Notes: a model not told the origin generated them from the sequence alone. Positions 36,992-47,368 are shown, counted from the first letter of the stretch. The stretch is 64,000 bases of DNA from an uncultured Eubacteriales bacterium (GCA_900540805.1 UQHL01000004.1:101323-165322), one strand, 5' to 3'. Numbers and translations are program-made.

Positions 36992-38425
36992 ATGGGCTAT
37001 AAAACCAAAGAATGGCGCGACAGCATGCGCGTTACGTTAGACTACAACAACATGACCGAAAAATTTCTCGGCGACAAGGGCTTCTCTCCCAAGAAGCTAA
37101 CTTCCTACAATGCGGTGGCCGCCGCGGCCTTCAATTACGTGAAGGAAAACAGGGGCAGGGACGACCTTTACATGGGTTGGACGGAGCTTCCTTACAATCA
37201 GAAAGAGATCGTTGCCGACATTGCGGCCACGGCGAGAAACGTGCGCAGAAAATTTCAGTATTTCGTCGTGCTCGGGATCGGCGGCAGCGCCCTCGGCCCC
37301 ATCATGGCGTTTAACGCGCTCTGCCATCTTCACTATAACGACCTCCCCAAATCGGTGAGAAAAGGCCCCAAATTTTACGTGGAGGACAACGTCGATCCCG
37401 TCAGAATGAGAGACCTTCTCGACGTAATCGACCCCGCCAAGACTTGCTTCAACGTCATTTCCAAATCGGGCGCCACCAGCGAGACGATGACGCAATACCT
37501 CATCATTCTCGACCTGCTGAAAAAAGCGGGCGTCAGCGTCAAGGACAACGTGATCTTCACCACGGACGCCGCAAAGGGAAACCTCAAAAAGATCTCCGAC
37601 GAGGAAGGCGGAATCAAGAGCTACGTGCTTCCCGACGGCGTCGGCGGAAGATTCTCCCAGCTCTGCCCCGTGGGGCTTCTCCCCGCGGCGGTGCTCGGCA
37701 TAGACATCAACGGCCTGCTCGCGGGCGCGGCGTATATGGATAACGTCTGCCGCTATCCTTCCCCCGCCAAAAACCCCGCCCTCATGTGCGCGGTGCTTCA
37801 GGTCGCGGCGATGGAACAGGGCAAAAATGTCGGCGTCATGATGCCCTACTCCGACAACCTCAAATATCTCGCGGATTGGTACTGCCAGCTTTGGGCGGAA
37901 TCTCTCGGCAAAAACGTCACACTCGACGGCAAGCCCTGCAACGTCGGCCAGACCCCCGTCAAATCGCTGGGCGTCACCGATCAGCATTCGCAGGTACAGC
38001 TCTATACGGAGGGGCCGTTCGATAAGGTGGTCACCTTCCTTTCCCTTAAAAAATACGCTTGCGAAATGCCCATTCCCCACGGCTGCGAAAACATTCCCGA
38101 CGTGGCGTTCCTCGGCGGACATACCATGCAGGAACTTATTCAGGCGGAAAACGAGGCCACCGCTTACGCGCTTACGAAGGCGGGCCGAATGAACTATACC
38201 CTCTGGATTCCCGAGCTCAACGCCTTCACCCTCGGCCAGTTGCTCTTTTTGTTCGAGCTTCAGACCGCCTACGCGGGCGCCATGCTGAACATCGACACTT
38301 TCAACCAGCCGGGCGTCGAAGAGGGCAAAAAGGCGACCTTCGCCCTGCTCGGCAAAGCGGGGTACGACTCCAAAAAAGCCGAACTCGACGCTCAACCTGC
38401 GAAAGACGGCAAATATATCATCTGA
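36992..38425 (+). CDS. pgi: glucose-6-phosphate isomerase
   Basis: PGI family motifs (VLGIGGSALGP, SKSGATSET, sugar-isomerase C-terminal region). GGAGG RBS. Confidence 0.85.
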   Translation: MGYKTKEWRDSMRVTLDYNNMTEKFLGDKGFSPKKLTSYNAVAAAAFNYVKENRGRDDLYMGWTELPYNQKEIVADIAATARNVRRKFQYFVVLGIGGSALGPIMAFNALCHLHYNDLPKSVRKGPKFYVEDNVDPVRMRDLLDVIDPAKTCFNVISKSGATSETMTQYLIILDLLKKAGVSVKDNVIFTTDAAKGNLKKISDEEGGIKSYVLPDGVGGRFSQLCPVGLLPAAVLGIDINGLLAGAAYMDNVCRYPSPAKNPALMCAVLQVAAMEQGKNVGVMMPYSDNLKYLADWYCQLWAESLGKNVTLDGKPCNVGQTPVKSLGVTDQHSQVQLYTEGPFDKVVTFLSLKKYACEMPIPHGCENIPDVAFLGGHTMQELIQAENEATAYALTKAGRMNYTLWIPELNAFTLGQLLFLFELQTAYAGAMLNIDTFNQPGVEEGKKATFALLGKAGYDSKKAELDAQPAKDGKYII

Positions 38426-38452
38426 CTTTCTCAATAAACGGAAAACGCGCTT

Positions 38453-38489
38453 CCCCTCGGGCCTCAAACGACCCGGGGGGAATTTTTTC
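38453..38489 (+). terminator. rho-independent terminator after pgi
   Basis: ccccucggg...cccgggggg (9 bp, 1 G-U) + AATTTTTT. Confidence 0.6.
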
Positions 38490-38543
38490 CAAAAAACGCG
38501 CGCGGCCTTGTATAAAACGCGGCCTCGGCGGGAATACTTCCTA

Positions 38544-38573
38544 TTGAACAGGAAAAGCTCGCCTTTACATATA
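38544..38573 (+). promoter_or_regulatory. candidate promoter (TTGAAC-18-TATAAT) for the mazF/ndoA gene
   Basis: Hexamers about 40 nt upstream of the ATG at 38615. Confidence 0.4.
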
Positions 38574-38614
38574 ATGCACTAAGGGAGTCTTTTCTTACGC
38601 AAGAGGTGTTTTAT

Positions 38615-38965
38615 ATGAATGTCAAACGAGGGGAACTTTACTACGCCGACTTATCGCCGGTGGTCGGCAGCGAACAGGGCGGCATACGTCCCGTTTTGGT
38701 GGTGCAGAACGATGTCGGGAACAAATACTCCCCCACCGTCATCGCCGCTGCCGTCACCAGTAAGATCAACAAAGCGAAGCTTCCCACTCACATAGAGCTG
38801 CCCTCCGCCTACGGGCTGGCCAAGGACAGCGTGATTCTTCTCGAGCAGATCCGTACCATCGACAAGCGCCGTCTCAAGGAGCGCATAGGCGAACTTCCGC
38901 CCTCCACGATGAATCGGGTCAATAAGGCGATTCTCATCAGCCTCGGCTTCACGCAGAATCCCTGA
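38615..38965 (+). CDS. mazF: type II toxin endoribonuclease MazF/PemK family (B. subtilis EndoA/NdoA-like)
   Basis: [61 protein letters not shown] is near-identical in pattern to B. subtilis EndoA. Start at MNVKRG. Confidence 0.85.
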   Translation: MNVKRGELYYADLSPVVGSEQGGIRPVLVVQNDVGNKYSPTVIAAAVTSKINKAKLPTHIELPSAYGLAKDSVILLEQIRTIDKRRLKERIGELPPSTMNRVNKAILISLGFTQNP

Positions 38966-39212
38966 ATTCCGTTTTTTGCCTATCCGATGTTTTTCATCAT
39001 CTTCCCCCCATACGGCCGCAGCGGCCTCGGAGCAGTCCGATCCCCTGCGACGCAGCAAAACGGCACGAGGCGTTTTTTGCCCCGCGCCGTTTTTGCCGTC
39101 TCGGGCGCGGTTTCGCGCGGGAAAGCCAAAATGACGCAAAATCAGCCAAATTCCGCGGCCGCGTTTTTGTTATAGTGATTTCCGAAAGACCTATAAGCCA
39201 TCGGAGGCTGCT

Positions 39213-41519
39213 ATGAACGAACGCAAAAAGTTCAATTTTTCCACCGTTCTCCTTTACATACTTCTCTTTATCGCCATGTTTGCGCTGTACTACGTCGGCG
39301 GAAACGGCGAGCCCTTTTCCCTCGCGCTCCTGTACGCCATGCTGGCGGCGGGGCTGAACCCCGTCGTGTCCTGCCTTTTGTACGCGCTTTCTGGGCTGTC
39401 GGGCTTTACCCTGCATTTCCTGCCCGTCTATGCGGGACAGGCGGCCATCCTCTGCATCGTCTTTTGCGTCTATGCGAAATTGAAGAAAAAGGCCTCCGTG
39501 CTTCCGCTCGCCTGCGTCGCCCTGTCGCTGGCGCTTTTCGTGGCCTTTTCGCCCTTCACCCCCTACAATATCCCGCTCAAGCTACCCTTCTCGTTGGGCG
39601 CAATCACGCAGAAAATCATTCTTTCGGGACTCATCCTGCTGCTTTCCGCCATGTTCACCGTGGCGCTTAAAGCCCTCTTGAACAAACTGCTCCGCTGTCG
39701 TCTCAAGGCGGAAGAGATTATCTTTTCCGTTCTCTTCTTCGTTCTCTGCGGCGTGGGTATCTGTCGTATCGCAAGCGTCACCGCTTACATGGGTATCGCG
39801 TTTCTCGTCCTGCTGCTCTTTGCCTGCGCGACGAAAGACGCCTCCGCCCTCGTGTGCGCCTTCGCGCTGAGTCTGCCGCCCGCCTTTGTCGGCGGCGTTT
39901 CGCCCGAACGCTTTTTTATCTATGGGATCGCCGTGGTCTTGTTTATCAAAATGGGCCGACTGCCCGCCGTGCTCGCGCTGTTAGCGGTATTTTTCGCCTA
40001 CGGCTATTTCGACGGCATCTACGCCTTAAAGACCTCCCTTCTCGTACAATCCATTCTTTCCGCGCTCATTCCCTCCCTTCTTTTTCTGCTCATTCCCTCT
40101 CCGTTGGTCAGAAAAATGGAAAACAAGCTTGTCTTTTATCGGGAAAAGCACCTTTCACGGATCGCCATCAATCGCAACCGCGCGGCCATCGGTGAACAGC
40201 TTTTCGAGATTTCGGGCGTATTCAGGGAGATACAGACCACTTTTGCCGCCCTGAGCACCAACGAGGCCGAGGAGGGCGCCAAGGAATACATACGCGGCTG
40301 CGTAATCGAAAGCGTCTGCAAATCGTGCGCCAACTACCGCACGTGTATGGCGCGAGGCTTGGAAAACGGCCTCAACAAGCTGATCGACGTCGGGTGCGCA
40401 AAAGGAAAAACAAGCCTCATAGATATTCCCTCCGATCTGGCCGAATCGTGCGTCAATCAAAGCGGCGTCTTATATGCGGTCAACCGACAGATCGGGGACT
40501 ATCGAAAATACATGCTGGAGACGGAAAACGCGGCTTCGGGCCGGCAACTGCTCGCCAACCAGGCGCAGGGCGTCAGCGAGATTCTCAAAAATATAGCACT
40601 CGAACAGAGCGAGCCTTTAACTATCTATTCCGAAAAAGAAAAACAGCTCAACGTCGCGCTTTTGAAGGCAGGAATCGTCTGCTCCGAGGTGCTGATCGCG
40701 GGCGACGAGGACAGCCTCACCCTCTCCCTCGTCACTTTCGGCAAAGCGGACGTAAAAAAGATAGCCGCAATCGCCTCCCACGTGCTCGCCGCGCCGTTGA
40801 TTATCTCCGAACGGCTGACGTTGAGCAAGGACAAGTTTTGCTGTATTCTGCACAGAAAACCCTATTTCGACGCGGCGTTCGGCGTGGCGACTCTCACCAA
40901 GACGGGCGAAATCGCCAGCGGCGACACGCATTCCGTCATCAAGATAGACGAAAGACGGTTTATGATCGCCCTTTCCGACGGCATGGGCAGCGGCGAATAC
41001 GCGCGCCGTATCTCCGAAAGCACGATATCCCTGCTGGAGAGCTTCTACCGCGCGAAAATGCCCTCCTCGCTTGTGCTTTCCACCATCAATAAGCTGCTGA
41101 CCTTCAGCCGCGAAGAAACCTTCGCCTGCGTGGATATCGCGGTGGTCGATCTCGACAACGGGGAGGCGGACATCGTAAAGATCGGCTCGCCCATGGGCTT
41201 CATTCTCTCGGGAAATGCTCTGCATATCCTCGAAAGCGCGTCTCTGCCGCTCGGTATCCTCGAATCCCTTCACCCCGACACCTCCTCCTATACCCTGCAG
41301 GAGGACGACGTACTTCTGTTTTTAAGCGACGGAATCACCTCCGCCTTCGGCTCCTCGTCGGATCTCTACGAGACACTGAAAAATATTCCCGCTTCCAATC
41401 CCCAGCAATTGGCGGACGCGCTGCTCGCCAAGGCGGTGGCGCTCTACGGCGGGACGGCAAAGGACGACATGACTGTACTGGCCGTAAGGCTGTTCAAAAG
41501 TCTTTCGGAAGCGGTATAA
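39213..41519 (+). CDS. spoIIE: stage II sporulation protein E (PP2C phosphatase with N-terminal polytopic membrane domain)
   Basis: ~10 N-terminal TM helices. C-terminal PP2C motifs (SDGMGSG, LSDG). 768 aa. Confidence 0.9.
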   Translation: MNERKKFNFSTVLLYILLFIAMFALYYVGGNGEPFSLALLYAMLAAGLNPVVSCLLYALSGLSGFTLHFLPVYAGQAAILCIVFCVYAKLKKKASVLPLACVALSLALFVAFSPFTPYNIPLKLPFSLGAITQKIILSGLILLLSAMFTVALKALLNKLLRCRLKAEEIIFSVLFFVLCGVGICRIASVTAYMGIAFLVLLLFACATKDASALVCAFALSLPPAFVGGVSPERFFIYGIAVVLFIKMGRLPAVLALLAVFFAYGYFDGIYALKTSLLVQSILSALIPSLLFLLIPSPLVRKMENKLVFYREKHLSRIAINRNRAAIGEQLFEISGVFREIQTTFAALSTNEAEEGAKEYIRGCVIESVCKSCANYRTCMARGLENGLNKLIDVGCAKGKTSLIDIPSDLAESCVNQSGVLYAVNRQIGDYRKYMLETENAASGRQLLANQAQGVSEILKNIALEQSEPLTIYSEKEKQLNVALLKAGIVCSEVLIAGDEDSLTLSLVTFGKADVKKIAAIASHVLAAPLIISERLTLSKDKFCCILHRKPYFDAAFGVATLTKTGEIASGDTHSVIKIDERRFMIALSDGMGSGEYARRISESTISLLESFYRAKMPSSLVLSTINKLLTFSREETFACVDIAVVDLDNGEADIVKIGSPMGFILSGNALHILESASLPLGILESLHPDTSSYTLQEDDVLLFLSDGITSAFGSSSDLYETLKNIPASNPQQLADALLAKAVALYGGTAKDDMTVLAVRLFKSLSEAV

Positions 41520-41584
41520 CGAAAAAATGTGAACAGTAAAATCGAAAAAGCCCTCCTGTTTTCGGAGAGCTTTTCTTTTTTTGT

Positions 41585-43012
41585 TTATAGAGCGGCGGCC
41601 AGAATCATCATCGCCAGCGAGTAATATACGCAAACGGCCACCATGTCGTTGATCGTCGTGATCAGCGGCCCCGAAGCGACGGCAGGATCGATCTTCATTT
41701 TTTTGAAGAGCATAGGGATAATCGTCCCGAAGAAGCTGGATACGACCATAGCCACGGCCATGGCGGCGGATATGCACAGCGCGGCAAGCAGCGGCTGAGG
41801 GGTGCTTTTCGCAATGAACAGATAGAGCGCGGAGGAAGCGAACGACAATGCGCCCACGATGAGGCCGTTAAAAAATCCGACGCGTATTTCCTTAAAGACG
41901 AGTTTCGCCATCGTCTTGCCGTCCACGTCGTCGGCCAGCACGCGGATCGTCACGGCCAGAGACTGGGTGCCCACGTTGCCCGCCATGTCGAGAATCATCG
42001 ATTGAAAGAAAACGAGATAGGCCAGCCTGTCGATCACGTGATCGAACAACCCGACCACCGTCGATACGCCCAGCCCCAAAAAGAGCAGAATAATCAGCCA
42101 GGGAAGCCGCTTGCGCACGGATTTTGCCGTGGATTCGGAAAGATCCTCCTCCTCGGTCAAGCCGCCGAGCTTTGCGTAATCCTCACCCATTTCCTCATCG
42201 ACCGCCTCGACAATATCCGCGCTGGTAATGACGCCGAGGATACGATTTTCGTTATCGAGAACGGGAATGGAATCCTCGGAATATTCCTTAAGCTTCTCGA
42301 TACAATCGGCGATATCCTCCGCCGCATAAACATACGGATAAGATTCGGTGATAATTTCTTTCAAATCCTGCGTGGAGCGGGCAATCACCAGGTCCCGCAA
42401 ATCGATAGCGCCGCGGAAAGCGCCCTGTTCGTCCGTCGCGTAAATGGTGGAGATGTTATCGTTTTCGGCCGCCTGATCGATAACGCTCTTCATCGCCTGT
42501 TTAACCGAATAGTTGTCGGGCACGGAAATGAAATTGGTGGTCATGCGGCTGCCGACCGTATTTTCGCCGTAGGAGGAGATCATTTCGATATCCTCCACGG
42601 CCTCGTCGTCCATGAGGTCGATGATCTCGTTTCGGGTGTCGTCCTCCAGCTCGTCGAGTACGTCCACCGCGTCGTCCGCGTCCATGCTTTCGATGATGTC
42701 GGCGGCCTTTTCCGCGTCCAGCTCGGCGATATAGTCCTCGACGTTGTCGAGATAGCTGAAGATATCGGAAATCTCGTCGTCGGACAGGATATGATAAAGC
42801 TTTCTGCGGTTGGCTTGCGTCAGCTCGCCGAACACCGAAGCGATATCGTTATCGTGATAATCGGTCAGCTTTTCGCGTATTTCCTCGGACGGGAGATCGC
42901 TTTGAATAATTGCAAGAAGCTCCTCCTCGTAATCGCGTTTGTTCGGTACGGAAAAATCATTCTCCTTCGGCGGCGTTTCCGCCGCGTTATTGCCTCTGTT
43001 TTTCTCTTCCAT
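41585..43012 (-). CDS. mgtE: magnesium transporter MgtE
   Basis: N-terminal MgtE_N acidic domain, tandem CBS domains, C-terminal 5-TM MgtE domain. Confidence 0.9.
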   Translation of the reverse strand: MEEKNRGNNAAETPPKENDFSVPNKRDYEEELLAIIQSDLPSEEIREKLTDYHDNDIASVFGELTQANRRKLYHILSDDEISDIFSYLDNVEDYIAELDAEKAADIIESMDADDAVDVLDELEDDTRNEIIDLMDDEAVEDIEMISSYGENTVGSRMTTNFISVPDNYSVKQAMKSVIDQAAENDNISTIYATDEQGAFRGAIDLRDLVIARSTQDLKEIITESYPYVYAAEDIADCIEKLKEYSEDSIPVLDNENRILGVITSADIVEAVDEEMGEDYAKLGGLTEEEDLSESTAKSVRKRLPWLIILLFLGLGVSTVVGLFDHVIDRLAYLVFFQSMILDMAGNVGTQSLAVTIRVLADDVDGKTMAKLVFKEIRVGFFNGLIVGALSFASSALYLFIAKSTPQPLLAALCISAAMAVAMVVSSFFGTIIPMLFKKMKIDPAVASGPLITTINDMVAVCVYYSLAMMILAAAL

Positions 43013-43140
43013 GGGCAGCTCTCCTTCGTTTGGAATTTTTAAGTATTTTCCGACCGATCAAAAAAGTTATCAACCGATATCCGTTTCCTCGTCTTCTAAA
43101 TTCTTACTTTACGGCTTCCGCCGTTTACTTACACGCCACT

Positions 43141-43166
43141 ATAGCATTGCAGCTGTAATGCTATAA
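43141..43166. promoter_or_regulatory. palindrome TATAGCATT-N8-AATGCTATA upstream of mgtE (candidate operator)
   Basis: Perfect 9-bp inverted arms around GCAGCTGT, ~130 nt upstream of the mgtE start. Adjacent to the tandem cassette array. Confidence 0.4.
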
Positions 43167-43450
43167 TATTGCGCAAAAATACTTGTACTTGCTTCAAGCT
43201 TCCGTGTTTTTCTTATAGTATAACTTAACCGACGTTATGTTTGAATAGGGTACAAAAATACTTGCTTCAAACTTCCGCATTTTCGCTTTTATGATAACAT
43301 GGACAAGCCATATTTTACGGCACAAAAATACACTCGAATACTTCGCGTTCCGTATTTTCGTTTGTATTATAACATAACTGACGTTATGTTTGAATACTGC
43401 GCAAAAATGCCTGTAAATACTCCGTGCTTCCGCACTTTTGCTTGTATTAT
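43167..43450 (-). repeat. four tandem degenerate copies (~70-85 bp) of the promoter+stem-loop cassette, upstream of mgtE
   Basis: Units each end in TAT(T/A)ATAAC and contain CTTCCG...TTTT cores. The last unit (43409-43450) is near-identical to the cores at 13591-13631 and 19427-19467. Confidence 0.6.
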
Positions 43451-43591
43451 AACACTTATCTCCTCATTTTTCAAGCCCCTGCCGCAGAAGAATTTTTCTG
43501 TTACTTTTTAACATTTTATTTTTCGGGACAAAAAATGAAAGGGCGCTTCCAAACGGAGACGCCCTTCCTTCAGAGTTGCTTCGGATATGCT

Positions 43592-45778
43592 TTATTTATT
43601 TTCTTCGGAAATCTGGTTCTGCTTCGATCTGAATATCTTGCGGAGCTGGAACACGCCGCCGCATTCGGGGCAGCGATAGGCAAACGCGCCTTCCTTCACC
43701 GTCAGCTTCGTCGCGCAGTCGGGACAGGTTACCGACCATTTCTTGGGCGGAAGAGGTTTGGAAAGGTCGTCCTCCGTCAAGTCGTCCGCTTCAGGATATG
43801 CAGGCAGTTTATTTTCCTTTCGGGGCTGCTGATAGGCATACGTCTCCATCACCGCTTCCCTGGGAAGAGGCTCTTGGGCGGGTGCGTAAGCGGGCACCAA
43901 AGCTTTGGTCTCCGCCTTCTCAGCGGACGTTTTTGCCTCCTCTGCGTGCACGGGCGCTTCGGCTGCCGTTTCAGCCGCAGGCGCGGGCATTACGGGCGTT
44001 TCAGCGGGCGCAGCAGCAGCCGCAATCCCCGTTTCTTCCGTCACGGGCTGTTTGGCCTTGCGCATCCACTTTTCCGCCAACGCTCTCTCCACGGCGGCCC
44101 GTTCTGCGGCCGTGCGGGTTTCTTTCTTCGCCATAGCCGCTTCCGCGCGGCGCGCTTTCTTATCCGCCGCAGGCGCTTTTACAGCCTCCTCGGTTTTCTT
44201 TTCCGCTTCGGACGAAGCGGACGCCGCCGCAGGTGCAACGGATTCCACAGTCGCGGCGGGTTCCTCCGTTTTCGCTTCCGTGACTATGGGCTCTTCCGTG
44301 GGTTCCTGAACATACTGATACGGGTTAAAGGGACGATACGGACGGCCGTTCACCCATTCCTGGTTGCCGTATCCGTAAGGATTGGGATAGGGATTCATAT
44401 AAGGATTGTTATAGGCATAGCCGTAAGCGGGCTGATTGCCGTCGGGCATGGCGTTTGCGGCAGGCATCGGCGCAGGCGGCATCATCTGCGGCCCTGCAAT
44501 CATAGGCATTACCATCACGGGCTGACCGTTCGGCTGCATAAATACCGCGGGCTGCGTGATGCACTGCAGAGGAACATGGTACATTGCAGGCACATTTGCA
44601 GGCGTTTCCTGCGCCGCTGCGGCGGGCGATTCCTCAACGCGATCCGCCGAAGCCATATTATACGAATCGGGATCGAAATCCAGCTCGTCTTCGTTCTCCG
44701 AAAGGGTCTCTCCGACGGGTTCCTCAACTTTGCCCTTGACGTTGGGCAAACGGCACATACAAAATTCTTCTATCATCGCCGCCAAAGCAATCACGGCGAT
44801 GTAAAGCGTACCCATCGAGGGCACGATGCCGTCGCGTTTCTTACTTGCCACGATCAAGAGAATAAACAGAGCAGCCGACGTAACGAGAAGGAAAATTGAG
44901 AAGATTCTGAAATTCTTCATGCCGTCTCCTTCCTTGCCGTAACGATTGAACTCGGTGTCGGCAGTGGCATGCTTCAACAGCACCAGCGTCCAGACGCAGG
45001 CGAGAAGCTGAACGAAAGGGATCACCCCGTAAACGAAAACGTCCATTTTCGCCTTGAACAATTCGGTGAAAGCGCCTTTTTCCATCCATTTCAACGCATT
45101 GAGCATAAGGTTTGTACGGGAGATAAAATACATGATCAGCCCGACGAACACCAGCTGGGCGAGATTGCGGAAGAAAGGCGCCCATCTGCCGACCAGTCTC
45201 TTTTCTTCCTCGAGCGTGTCGCCCGTGGTAAACCAGCTGACGTTTCCGCCGACGAGCCCGCACCAGAAATGGAAAATCAGCCCTATCGCCACGGCGATAT
45301 AAAACAGATTGGAGAAGCCCGCGCCCGAGATGAGATGAATCATAAACGGGAAGGCGATAAATACGCAATATGTACCCGAGAAAATTTTTCCCATCCGCTC
45401 CATCGCCAGCAGATTGCGGTTATATCCGTTTACCCGCGAAGCCTTTTTCTTGAACAGGCGGCTCAGACGGGACAGCGACTTGATTACGTTGATGACGAGG
45501 GTGAGAAGCATGACGGCGTAAATCAGCGCGACAAACACGTTGACGGAAACCGCGATCGGGGAGGCCTTGATATTTTTAAGCTCGAGAAAGGGCTTCCAAA
45601 AGGTCTTTACCCACATGTCTCCCACGGATGTCCCGTAGAGCATGGGAAAGAAAGCGACCGCAGCGAGAAAAATCGTGGCGATCAGATAGAGCATACCGAC
45701 AAATTCCGCTTTGGAATGTGTTCTGGCAATGCGTTTTTTCAGAGAGACGGGCTTCGTTTCTTTTATATTTTCTTTCAT
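43592..45778 (-). CDS. large membrane protein: N-terminal polytopic domain, P/A/Y/N-rich low-complexity linker, C-terminal CxxC...CxxC zinc ribbon
   Basis: 728 aa. ~9 TM in first 330 aa. Linker with NPYMNPYPNPYGYGN. C-terminal CPDCATKLTVKEGAFAYRCPECGG. Confidence 0.7.
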   Translation of the reverse strand: MKENIKETKPVSLKKRIARTHSKAEFVGMLYLIATIFLAAVAFFPMLYGTSVGDMWVKTFWKPFLELKNIKASPIAVSVNVFVALIYAVMLLTLVINVIKSLSRLSRLFKKKASRVNGYNRNLLAMERMGKIFSGTYCVFIAFPFMIHLISGAGFSNLFYIAVAIGLIFHFWCGLVGGNVSWFTTGDTLEEEKRLVGRWAPFFRNLAQLVFVGLIMYFISRTNLMLNALKWMEKGAFTELFKAKMDVFVYGVIPFVQLLACVWTLVLLKHATADTEFNRYGKEGDGMKNFRIFSIFLLVTSAALFILLIVASKKRDGIVPSMGTLYIAVIALAAMIEEFCMCRLPNVKGKVEEPVGETLSENEDELDFDPDSYNMASADRVEESPAAAAQETPANVPAMYHVPLQCITQPAVFMQPNGQPVMVMPMIAGPQMMPPAPMPAANAMPDGNQPAYGYAYNNPYMNPYPNPYGYGNQEWVNGRPYRPFNPYQYVQEPTEEPIVTEAKTEEPAATVESVAPAAASASSEAEKKTEEAVKAPAADKKARRAEAAMAKKETRTAAERAAVERALAEKWMRKAKQPVTEETGIAAAAAPAETPVMPAPAAETAAEAPVHAEEAKTSAEKAETKALVPAYAPAQEPLPREAVMETYAYQQPRKENKLPAYPEADDLTEDDLSKPLPPKKWSVTCPDCATKLTVKEGAFAYRCPECGGVFQLRKIFRSKQNQISEENK

Positions 45779-46665
45779 TATTTCGCCTCCATAGCCTTCT
45801 TCAGCGAATCGGGCAGGCTGACCTTGGTATTGTTCAGGTTAGAATAGGAAAATACGATAGTTTGCGTCATTTTCGATATCGGGGACGAAACATTCTTCGG
45901 ATCGGTCACGCTTGTCGTATAACGCACGGTCGGACGGCATCCCACCGTAAACCGACATTCGGCTTCGTATTTATCTGCGGCCTGGGCGGGGCCCTTAAAG
46001 CTATATTCCCCCGTCGCGCCGATCAATATCTTGTTTTCCGAAGCGCCGAACTCAAAGATTTCGGCCATGCCTCCAAATGCTTCATAGACCCCATATAAAA
46101 GCAGCTCCGTCCCGTCGATAACGTCGTCTTCGAAAGCCCTTTCAGTCCATTTCGCCTTGTCGCCGAGAACGGAATCGGAAGGATTCGACAAAGCCGTATA
46201 TGTATTCGAGCGGACGTAATATCGATCGCTTTTAGGCTTGGAAAAAGCGTATTCGGCAGCCGTTACCGAATAAGTACGCCCCGACAACGTCGTACTGCTT
46301 ATTTTGATATAGGAATAATCGGCGTCCGTATAAATCATGCCTTCGGTATTTACATCGCTTACCTCTTGTCCCGTTTCCGTTTTATACGTTATGGAATAAG
46401 AAGCATTAAAAGACAGCGTATAAGATTTATATTTTGCGTCTTTATTTGTCCCTTCAAACACCCCTTCCGTCTCATCGACCAGCTTTTTCGTCTCGTCAAA
46501 CCCCTTACGATTAAACACGCTGCCCGTCGTTGCGGCGCCGAAGGGCTTTTCCGCCTTTCCCACGGCGTTTTTGTCGAACATCGTGCCGTAAACCACGGTG
46601 CCGCCCGCCAGTGCGAGAGAAAGAATCAACCCGATCGTCCCGCAGATTCTGCCTTTCTTTTTCAT
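45778..46665 (-). CDS. membrane-anchored/secreted hypothetical beta-rich protein
   Basis: N-terminal signal/anchor MKKKGRICGTIGLILSLALAGG. AGGAGG RBS. Stop overlaps the start of the downstream gene (ATGA). Confidence 0.65.
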   Translation of the reverse strand: MKKKGRICGTIGLILSLALAGGTVVYGTMFDKNAVGKAEKPFGAATTGSVFNRKGFDETKKLVDETEGVFEGTNKDAKYKSYTLSFNASYSITYKTETGQEVSDVNTEGMIYTDADYSYIKISSTTLSGRTYSVTAAEYAFSKPKSDRYYVRSNTYTALSNPSDSVLGDKAKWTERAFEDDVIDGTELLLYGVYEAFGGMAEIFEFGASENKILIGATGEYSFKGPAQAADKYEAECRFTVGCRPTVRYTTSVTDPKNVSSPISKMTQTIVFSYSNLNNTKVSLPDSLKKAMEAK

Positions 46666-46856
46666 CCGAAGCCTCCTGATATTTTTTCATTTTTTATCGG
46701 TCTTATATTTATTTGAAACTTACAAATATTTACACCGATTTTTATTCCTTTCTATTATAACCTGTTTTTTCCATATTGTCAATATTCTTTTCCAAATTTT
46801 TCTCCGTAATTCCCCAATATTTTTTGTATTTTCGCTTTCGTCAACCCCGCGTTTAA

Positions 46857-47368
46857 TCATTCCGTTTTTATTTGGCACGAACGCATGGCTTTAATCGCCC
46901 TTTCGTGGCTTTCGGGGGTAACGCCCGCGCAACAGGAAGCGTCCACGGCGATCTCCGTTTCGGGACAAAATGCCTTCGCCAGCATGGCATTGGAAATCAC
47001 GCAGATATCGGTGCATACGCCGACAAATTCCACCCGTCCAAACTCTCCGTCCCGAATAAACTCCGCGAGAGAAAGGCTGCCGAAAGTCGGCTTATCAAAC
47101 ACCCTGTCCCCTTTCAGACAAAGCCCTTCGACGATTTGCCAGCCTTCTGTTCCGCGGATACAGTGAGGCACGGGCAAATTTCTCCCCTCCTGCGTCGAAA
47201 GATAATCGGCGCCGTGCGTGTCCCTCGTAAAAACAATGGTCTTTCCCGCCGTCCGCGCCCCGTCGATTTTTTGTTTTAGCTTCGGCAAAACCGCCCGTGC
47301 CTCGGCGCTTCCCAAAACGCCCGTCACGAAATCGTTCTGCATGTCCACCACGATAAGCAGCTCTTTCA
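46857..47368 (-). CDS. isochorismatase-family cysteine hydrolase (nicotinamidase-like)
   Basis: LLIVVDMQNDF motif and catalytic Cys context (VGVCTDICV). Start at MKELL with GGGAGGAAAAG RBS. Confidence 0.8.

Noticed and set aside
38987-39175. 62-aa ORF downstream of mazF as candidate antitoxin
   Set aside because: Gly/Ala/Arg-rich high-GC frame without RBS or antitoxin-like (RHH/AbrB/Phd) features. Sits in the spoIIE promoter region.
43013-43200. M-box (ykoK) Mg2+ riboswitch upstream of mgtE
   Set aside because: Could not find the conserved M-box motifs by eye. Left as a computational check.
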